In this document: positions 16,209 through 22,067 of the stretch, piece after piece
Numbering within the stretch: position 1 is the stretch's first letter
Layout of the letters: each line of letters opens with the position of its first letter
Assembly: GCF_014698535.1 (NCBI RefSeq)
Contig: NZ_JACJTF010000078.1
Reading direction: 5' to 3' (one strand)
Source of the DNA: Planktothricoides raciborskii FACHB-1261
GTDB lineage: Bacteria > Cyanobacteriota > Cyanobacteriia > Cyanobacteriales > Laspinemataceae
Length of the DNA: 22,067 nt
Notes under the pieces: model-generated
Databases searched by the model: none
What the model was told of the DNA's origin: nothing
What the model saw: the letters and a program-made list of their open reading frames with translations, nothing else
Program-made: the position numbers and the translations under genes

Positions 16209-16257
16209 AGACTAAAGTCATCGTCGAAAATAATAGACAAGAAAGCAAAATCAATAT

Positions 16258-16330
16258 TTCGATCCCCCCAAACCCCCTTAAAAAGGGGGGATGCATAATA
16301 ATTTTGCAACAGGTCTAATTATTATAATAA
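16258..16330 (-). repeat. solo, inverted copy of the IS605-family right-end hairpin motif (TTATGCATCCCCCC-loop-GGGGGGTTTGGGGGGATCG)
   Basis: The reverse complement of 16261-16298 (ttatgcatcccccctttttaaggggggtttggggggatc) matches 7567-7604 (ttatgcatccccccttggctaggggggttggggggatcg). Only the loop and one nucleotide differ. The flanks diverge after ATCG. Confidence 0.65.
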
Positions 16331-16391
16331 ATTTTCGGGAAAATTTATTATGTTTATGTTAAAATTTAACCCGTGATTAGGAGGAACACTA

Positions 16392-16727
16392 ATGAAAAAA
16401 ATCTGCTTCGTTATTTTACTTTGCTTAACCTTAATTAACCTAACCTTTACCGCCCCGGCTTTGGCGATGGATTCTGCCAACGGCGCTCAAATTTTTGCCC
16501 AAAATTGTGCCGCTTGTCATGCCAATGGGGGAAATATTATCCGCAGAGGTAAAAATCTGAAAAAGCGGGCATTACAACGACATCAAAAAGATTCGATTGA
16601 AGCCATTAGTCTGTTGGTAAAAGAAGGAAAATATGCTATGCCTGCGTATGGAGATCGCCTCTCGGAAGAAGAGATAACAGAGGTAGCGGCTTATGTGTTG
16701 GCAAAAGCAGAAAATGACTGGAAATAA
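16392..16727 (+). CDS. cytochrome c6-like (PetJ family, possibly c6B/c6C type) with a signal peptide
   Basis: Signal peptide MKKICFVILLCLTLINLTFTAPALA, heme motif CAACH, Met ligand in KYAMPAY, and C-terminal EEEITEVAAYVLAKAE. The SD AGGAGG lies 8 nt upstream. Confidence 0.82.
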   Translation: MKKICFVILLCLTLINLTFTAPALAMDSANGAQIFAQNCAACHANGGNIIRRGKNLKKRALQRHQKDSIEAISLLVKEGKYAMPAYGDRLSEEEITEVAAYVLAKAENDWK

Positions 16728-16822
16728 ATCGATAAATCATAGAGAATTAAGCGCTATCATAGACGATTTTCTATTGTCTATCTTAGATTTTCCATATTAT
16801 TTTTCAGATTAAGTCGAGGCTT

Positions 16823-16855
16823 GGGGCAGGGGCGTACTGCCCCTACGGTTTTCTC
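16823..16855 (+). terminator. intrinsic terminator after the cytochrome c6-like gene (GGGGCAG-gggcgta-CTGCCCC + TACGGTTTTCTC)
   Basis: 7-bp GC stem followed by a T-rich run on the + strand. Confidence 0.65.
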
Positions 16856-16875
16856 ACCTCTGAGTTTATAAAAAA

Positions 16876-17259
16876 TTAAAAAGAAATTCCCGTATCATTC
16901 ATGTGACGCAGCCGTTCGGCTAAGACCTGCATCACCTCGATCGCGAAATAGGGATTTTGTTGCACCAAAAAGGTAAAGCGTTTTTGATCGATAGGGACTA
17001 ATTTACAATCAGTTTTGGCGATCGCCGTGGCGCTGCGGAGATGGTGGTCTATCAATGCCATTTCCCCAAAAATGTGACCCGCGTCGGCAGTTTCTACCAC
17101 TTGTTTACCGACAATAATATCAACACTGCCGGATTGGATCACATACATTAAATTACCGGATTCTCCCGCTTGAAAAATGGTTTCACCCGCTGGAACAATT
17201 TGGGGATTCGGTTCTTTCAAAAATAAACTAAATTTTTTCCGATTCTCTAAATAGGTCAT
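16876..17259 (-). CDS. stand-alone cyclic-nucleotide-binding (CNB) domain protein
   Basis: Phosphate-binding cassette FGEMALIDHHLRSATAIA within a ~120-aa beta-roll domain. No effector domain is attached. Confidence 0.8.
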   Translation of the reverse strand: MTYLENRKKFSLFLKEPNPQIVPAGETIFQAGESGNLMYVIQSGSVDIIVGKQVVETADAGHIFGEMALIDHHLRSATAIAKTDCKLVPIDQKRFTFLVQQNPYFAIEVMQVLAERLRHMNDTGISF

Positions 17260-17349
17260 AGTGTTTTAGCATCCTTTGAGTATTGGCCTCAAGGATTGAT
17301 ATCATAGCAAAATCATAGCAAAAATTTAACCAAAGCCGGAATCAGCGAC

Positions 17350-19998
17350 TTAATTTTCCAAGGTTAAGAGTTTTTGCCAATCAGTGATCGCCGAATCTGG
17401 CCACATCCAATTGTTAGCTAAAGCATTCGGTTGAAAATCACTTGCCGCTAATTTCATCACCATCTTTCTTTGCTTGGTCGCTTTACTTAATAAAACGTTT
17501 TTTTCCTCTGGGGAAACTCCCTCGCTAGATTTCATCATCACTAATGCTAAACCGGCATAAGCGGTCAAGGCTTCAGGATGATCTAAGGCTTGGGTGGGTT
17601 CGAGTAATGTCACCACTTTTAACCACATATCCGAAGCTAAATCGAGATTGCCTTCCGCGTAATAAGCAAAGGCTAAGGCATTGGCATAAAAGGTAGAATT
17701 GGAGTCACTTTTTACGGAGGATTCCCAAAACCGTCGAGCATCACTCACACTATAATCTTTGTTGCCAGTTTGCACAAATTGCCAAGCTAACCGACCAGAA
17801 AGAAAGTTAATTTCTGGAGTATTTTTTTTCTGGTTAGGCACCGCTTCTAAGGTGGCTTTTGCTTGTGGCAATGCCCCGCGATCCAGTAATAAATTTACGG
17901 CAATAACTCCCTCGGATAATTTCCCTTGGGCAAAATTTTCAATGGCGATCGCGGATAACTCTGGAGTGCTGGCTTTCTGCAACGGATTCGGTTTTTCCTT
18001 AGTGGGTTCAGAAATGGGTTCAGAAGTGGCTAAACCCCGATCTTCCGTGACCGAACTGGTGGATAAAGATGTGCTGGTTTGAGGACGCGATCGCCAAAAC
18101 CCGATCGCCCCAGCGAATAGGGCGATCGCCAGAAAACTGATGACCCCAAACCTCCACCTAAAAGCTTTGTGACTTTTTGCCGGTTTTGCTAAGGCATCAG
18201 AATTGAATGCTGATGATTTCGCTTTCGGTGATGATATTGTTGATTTCGTCTGGGAGTTTTTCTCAGTCAATTGACTTTCCCCGGCAACTGCTTTAAAAAT
18301 TTCTTCCACGTCGTCAACTTCACTTTCATATCCGAGAATATGGGGCAAAAATTCATCTTTTGCAGATAGTTTCCCCGGTTTAGCTTCAGCAGATCCGAGT
18401 TTGCCAAGTCCTAACTCACTAAAAATATCAGAAACTAAAGATTCGGCGTCATTATCCGCTGCTTCTCCTAAGTCATAATCTAAAAATTCATGCTCGTCCT
18501 CATCTTCTATTTCCTCATCGAGGAATTCATCCTCACCCTCTAGTAATTCCTCATCCGAGAGTCGGAAAAAATGATCATCATCATCGTCCCTATCATATCC
18601 TAAATCATCTTCTAAATCATCTGGGTCAGAGGGAGAAAATCGCCACAAAAAAGCGTCGCTATTACTATTGGGTTTTCGGGGAATATCCCTCAACTGCAAT
18701 CGCGAATTGGGCATCGGTCGGGGGGGAATAAACAACTCCGTATCATTGCTGGGTTGCTGAGTCAAATACCCTTGATATTTCTCATGTAAATAAAGCACAG
18801 GTAGCGCCCAATACAACTGATCGGAACCGTAGGTAGACATCAATCCTTGTCTCGCCCGATTTAAACTCAAATCTACAGGATAACCTTGTTTCAAGTTGTA
18901 GTAAAATAAGCGAGTTAAGGTCAAAGCCACCTGATCGGGAATGCGTTCGGCCATTGCCAAAACCGCCGGAATCCCTCGATTGACCAGCACTTCGGCTAAA
19001 TTACGGTGATTATTTGTTTCCGGCGTTTCCACTTTGGCGCTATGGGTACTCCGACAAGAGTTAAACACTGCTAGGTGAATGCCATTATTGACTAATAATC
19101 CGGCTAAATCATCGCCATTTAAAACTTCACCTAATCCCGTTTGTTGATTGACTAAATACAGTTCGCCCCCTCTAGAACCCAGGTTACTATGACCGGCGTA
19201 ATGTAATACATGATAAGAATTTTGTTCGAGAACTTGGGTCAGCTTTTTTCGGTCGGGATGTTCGAGAATGTCTAATTCAATTTGGGGCAAAGGTGTATTT
19301 CCCCAAGTGCCATTAGTTGTCGGTTTTTTTAGTTCGGCTTTGAGGGCGTTTGCTTCTTGTTTTAAGGCTAAATTTGCTTGATCTGTTGGTGCCGCTACGA
19401 CCATTAAAATTTTCAACGGGCTGCTCGGTGGCGGGGGTAAAATTAATGATGATAAACTAGGTTGATAACGAGAAAAAATTACATCTTTGCCCGTGGCAAT
19501 GGGGCGACTGTCTTCGTGGATCACTTCCCAAGGAAGACGGGGCAAAATACTGTCTTTTAGTCCTAAACGTAAGCGTAATACGGCCCCTTGGTTATGAGCG
19601 ATCGCCTGTGCGGAGGTAAGGCGATCGCGCAGATCCCCTTGAAACAATGCCTCATACATTTCTCGACCCAGATCCACCAGAGTGCGAATGTGAAAACGAC
19701 TAGAAATCACCGCCACATCCCCATCTCCGGGCACAGTTTCCTCGTCCGTATCCCCGTGAGTATCATAAAGAACATCATCTTCCAGAGACGCCGATAAACC
19801 ATACCCGTGCCACAAACCGGCCACCGAGTCATCCATCAAGCGGCTGGCTTGTTCCAGCCATTCTTCCACCGGGAAAATCACCTGCTCTTCCGCAGGCAAT
19901 ACTCCTTTGGGTGACTCTTCGGTTCGCACCAGATAATGATTTTTTTCCCGGTTAATCGGGGTAATGGACAGATGTAACTCTTCAAATTTTTGGCTCAC
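17350..19998 (-). CDS. CHAT-domain (caspase-like His/Cys dyad) protein with an acidic linker, one TM segment and a C-terminal TPR-like region (882 aa)
   Basis: HYAGHSN … FNSCRS dyad context is typical of CHAT. A D/E-rich stretch follows (DEELLEGEDEFLDEEIEDEDE), then a TM segment AFRWRFGVISFLAIALFAGAIGFW, then C-terminal helical repeats. Confidence 0.85.
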   Translation of the reverse strand: MSQKFEELHLSITPINREKNHYLVRTEESPKGVLPAEEQVIFPVEEWLEQASRLMDDSVAGLWHGYGLSASLEDDVLYDTHGDTDEETVPGDGDVAVISSRFHIRTLVDLGREMYEALFQGDLRDRLTSAQAIAHNQGAVLRLRLGLKDSILPRLPWEVIHEDSRPIATGKDVIFSRYQPSLSSLILPPPPSSPLKILMVVAAPTDQANLALKQEANALKAELKKPTTNGTWGNTPLPQIELDILEHPDRKKLTQVLEQNSYHVLHYAGHSNLGSRGGELYLVNQQTGLGEVLNGDDLAGLLVNNGIHLAVFNSCRSTHSAKVETPETNNHRNLAEVLVNRGIPAVLAMAERIPDQVALTLTRLFYYNLKQGYPVDLSLNRARQGLMSTYGSDQLYWALPVLYLHEKYQGYLTQQPSNDTELFIPPRPMPNSRLQLRDIPRKPNSNSDAFLWRFSPSDPDDLEDDLGYDRDDDDDHFFRLSDEELLEGEDEFLDEEIEDEDEHEFLDYDLGEAADNDAESLVSDIFSELGLGKLGSAEAKPGKLSAKDEFLPHILGYESEVDDVEEIFKAVAGESQLTEKNSQTKSTISSPKAKSSAFNSDALAKPAKSHKAFRWRFGVISFLAIALFAGAIGFWRSRPQTSTSLSTSSVTEDRGLATSEPISEPTKEKPNPLQKASTPELSAIAIENFAQGKLSEGVIAVNLLLDRGALPQAKATLEAVPNQKKNTPEINFLSGRLAWQFVQTGNKDYSVSDARRFWESSVKSDSNSTFYANALAFAYYAEGNLDLASDMWLKVVTLLEPTQALDHPEALTAYAGLALVMMKSSEGVSPEEKNVLLSKATKQRKMVMKLAASDFQPNALANNWMWPDSAITDWQKLLTLEN

Positions 19999-20138
19999 AA
20001 TTTTACTGCACTCCTGTCGATCGCCTGGTTTTTTCTAAAGTTGTTCTAAGGTCTTGTCCACTTGACTCGGTGTTCAAGATCGATCGTATTCTTCTTTACT
20101 CTAGTGAAATATTCCGGAAGTGACTACATTGATACCTA

Positions 20139-20258
20139 TTGTTAATTGTTCTTGGTTATTGGTTATTGGTTGTGTCAGTCAAATAACTAATAACCAATAA
20201 CCAACAATAATTGTTAATTGTTATTGGTTATTGGTTATTGGTTGTGTCAGCCAAATAA
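20139..20258. repeat. STRR-like (TTGGTTA)n element: ~48-nt direct repeat x2 separated by its own inverted complement (AATAACCAATAACCAA), between the murF stop and the CHAT gene start
   Basis: ttgttaattgttcttggttattggttattggttgtgtcagtcaaataac at 20139-20187. taataaccaataaccaacaataa at 20188-20207. ttgttaattgttattggttattggttattggttgtgtcagccaaataac at 20208-20258. Confidence 0.85.
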
Positions 20259-20268
20259 CCATCAACCA

Positions 20269-21651
20269 TCAACCATCAGCGATAAACTTTTGCACCACTT
20301 GATTTAGTTGGACGGAATGAGAGGCTTTAAAGAGAATGCGATCGCCTGATAGGACGAATTCTTTTAAGCGTTGAGCCAGGAAATCTAAGGCATTGGGTTG
20401 GCTGGTATCTAAAATTTCCATAAAAGGTAAATCCCCCGCGCCAACGGCCATAGCCTCCGCTTCGGCCAGGTCAGCAAAAATAAATAGAGCATCGACCCCT
20501 AAGTCATGGGCGATCGCCCCCACTTGCTGATGGAATTCCAGCGATCGCTCTCCCAACTCCTTCATGGTTCCCAAAACGGCGATATGACGATTGCCGGGAG
20601 TTTCCATCAACAGATGCAACGCAGCGGTCATCGATTCTAACCCAGCATTATAAGTTTCATCCAAAACCACAATATCATTGGCCAACTGATAACGCTTGGA
20701 TCTGCCTTCGGGAAGATTCACCGCCAAACCCTCAGTCAGCGGTTGCCAACTGATACCGAGAACCCGGGCTACCGCTAAAGCCGCCAGGTAATTCAGAGCA
20801 TTATGACGCCCAACCAGGGGTAGGGGCAACTCAAACCCTTGCACTTGCAAGATTTCTGAATTGAGCAGTTCGCCCCGTAGTTCCCCGGATTCTAATCCAT
20901 AAGTGAGGGTTTTGCCTTCCCAGACCGTAGCCGCAGTCTTGATTAAGCGGGAGTTATCGTGATTGAGAATTGCCCAACCATCCGCCATCGTCATCTTTTC
21001 TAAGAGTTCGCATTTGGCGGCTGCGATCGCTGCTTCAGAACCGAGTAATTCAATATGGGCTGTTCCCACATTGGTAATCACCCCAATGGTCGGATTAGCA
21101 ATTTCCGTCAGTTCGGCAATTTGTCCGGCACCACGCATGGCCATTTCGATCACCGCGTACTGATGCTCGGAAGTTAAGCCCAAGAGGGTTTTGGGCACGC
21201 CGATTTCGTTGTTGTAATTTTTTTCCGTTTTCAGCACCTTGCCTTGGGTGCCTAATACCGCAGCAATCAACTCCTTGGTGGTGGTTTTGCCCACGGAACC
21301 CGTCACCCCAATCACGGGAATCTCAAATTGCTCCCGCCACCAATGGGCGATCGCCTGATAAGCTTTCAGGGTATCGCGCACCACCAACAGTGGCATCGTC
21401 GGATCTGTCGCGTCATAGTCCCGATCCACAATAGCCGCGATCGCGCCCTTCTGCAAAGCCGCAGCCACAAACTGATGCCCATCAAACTGAGTGCCGCGAA
21501 ATGCCAGGAACACCTCCTCTGGCTGTAATATCCGGGTATCTGTACAAACCCCGGTAGCGGGAAGAAGCCTGATATCTTCGGAGACATTGACCGCATCCGC
21601 ATCCAACAGAGCAATTAATCGATCTATCGTGACAGAAAAAGACATGATCAT
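20269..21651 (-). CDS. murF: UDP-N-acetylmuramoyl-tripeptide--D-alanyl-D-alanine ligase (MurF)
   Basis: P-loop VIGVTGSVGKTTTKE, MurF-typical N-terminal domain (DSR-like TDTRILQPEEVFLAFRGTQFDGHQF), 460 aa. Confidence 0.9.
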   Translation of the reverse strand: MIMSFSVTIDRLIALLDADAVNVSEDIRLLPATGVCTDTRILQPEEVFLAFRGTQFDGHQFVAAALQKGAIAAIVDRDYDATDPTMPLLVVRDTLKAYQAIAHWWREQFEIPVIGVTGSVGKTTTKELIAAVLGTQGKVLKTEKNYNNEIGVPKTLLGLTSEHQYAVIEMAMRGAGQIAELTEIANPTIGVITNVGTAHIELLGSEAAIAAAKCELLEKMTMADGWAILNHDNSRLIKTAATVWEGKTLTYGLESGELRGELLNSEILQVQGFELPLPLVGRHNALNYLAALAVARVLGISWQPLTEGLAVNLPEGRSKRYQLANDIVVLDETYNAGLESMTAALHLLMETPGNRHIAVLGTMKELGERSLEFHQQVGAIAHDLGVDALFIFADLAEAEAMAVGAGDLPFMEILDTSQPNALDFLAQRLKEFVLSGDRILFKASHSVQLNQVVQKFIADG

Positions 21652-21747
21652 TCGGTAAGAGATTGGCTAAGATGATGTCATTATGCCAAGGGGTTGCCCC
21701 ATATCAGCAATTATGATTCACCGATGATGGGTGAAACAGAGGATCAC

Positions 21748-21840
21748 CATGAACGACACTATCACCCCGATAAAAGTTCAAAAAAAGCTACGAAAAATCA
21801 ACGGTTTTACCCTTGTAACCGATGAGTTACAAGGCTTTTA
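21748..21840 (+). CDS. possible 30-aa small ORF (MNDTITPIKVQKKLRKINGFTLVTDELQGF) with a good SD, ending inside an intrinsic terminator
   Basis: AGAGGA lies 5 nt upstream of the ATG. The stop TAA (21838-21840) sits in the T-tract of the terminator hairpin. No homology recognised. Confidence 0.25.
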
Positions 21841-21848
21841 ATTTTATT
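21811..21848 (+). terminator. strong intrinsic terminator: CCTTGTAAC-cgatga-GTTACAAGG followed by CTTTTAATTTTATT
   Basis: 9-bp perfect stem, 6-nt loop, U-rich tail on the + strand. Confidence 0.65.
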
Positions 21849-21897
21849 AGGTGGCGGTGCAAGTGGCGGTGTAGGTGGCGGTGTAGGTGGCGGTGAT
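21841..21897. repeat. tandem 12-nt repeat (GGTGGCGGTGTA / GGTGGCGGTGCA) x ~4.5, just downstream of the stop of the partial minus-strand gene
   Basis: Direct reading: aggtggcggtgcaagtggcggtgtaggtggcggtgtaggtggcggtgatt. Confidence 0.7.
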
Positions 21898-22067
21898 TAT
21901 GCCCGTGCAAAATCCCCGGCCCCGGCCCCGGAATTTTCCTGAGACTTGCTATCTCGGTCAAACCAGAAATCAAAAATCTGATCCACGTCTATGCCGTCAA
22001 ACTTGGGCACGGCACAATAGTGGCGGATAGCATCGGCCCCCGTTCCCACCCGGCACGCATATTTTTT
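21898..22067 (-). CDS. 3' end of an unidentified gene (C-terminal …AIRHYCAVPKFDGIDVDQIFDFWFDRDSKSQENSGAGAGDFARA*), truncated by the window edge
   Basis: Open frame on the minus strand running off the window. Stop TAA at 21898-21900. Product not recognised. Confidence 0.35.

Noticed and set aside
17759-18082. 107-aa + strand ORF inside the CHAT gene
   Set aside because: It is antisense to a long ORF with clear CHAT motifs.
20963-21614. Three short ORFs inside or antisense to murF
   Set aside because: They are nested in murF, which has the diagnostic GSVGKTTTKE P-loop.
1-22067. tRNA/rRNA genes
   Set aside because: A scan for T-loop-like GTTCGAATC/GTTCAAATC contexts and cloverleaf-sized GC-rich blocks found nothing convincing. 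A proper tRNAscan search was not possible here.

Overview
This 22 kb window comes from a cyanobacterial chromosome. The evidence is dozens of HIP1 octamers (GCGATCGC) throughout, heptameric STRR-type tandem repeats in intergenic regions, and CHAT/TPR and cytochrome c6 genes. The backbone is housekeeping. A minus-strand operon carries prfB (with its programmed +1 frameshift), a small membrane protein, ybeY and dgkA. Other core genes are a PabA/TrpG amidotransferase, a Tat-exported MBL-fold hydrolase, murF, a GalU-like nucleotidyltransferase, an orphan NitT/TauT-type ABC ATPase, a cytochrome c6-like protein and a cNMP-binding protein. Accessory and mobile content includes a decayed IS630 transposase inserted next to a frameshifted class-III nucleotide cyclase remnant. 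There is an intact IS200/IS605-family tnpB element, and a solo inverted copy of its right-end hairpin motif lies 8.7 kb away. A Phd/YefM-VapC toxin-antitoxin pair is present, as is a two-gene DUF-protein/XRE module. Two clusters of one short-repeat family (GAAACCGGGTTTC hairpin units) flank a ~2 kb island. The standout is a full-length, uninterrupted 874-aa homologue of the eukaryotic major vault protein (MVP) that bears native HIP1 sites. It sits between the repeat cluster and the DUF/XRE module, not far from a large membrane-anchored CHAT-domain protein. There are several unusual long heptamer-based inverted repeats and G-quadruplex-prone arrays. The six-frame track truncates prfB at the frameshift. 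No tRNA, rRNA or CRISPR array was found.
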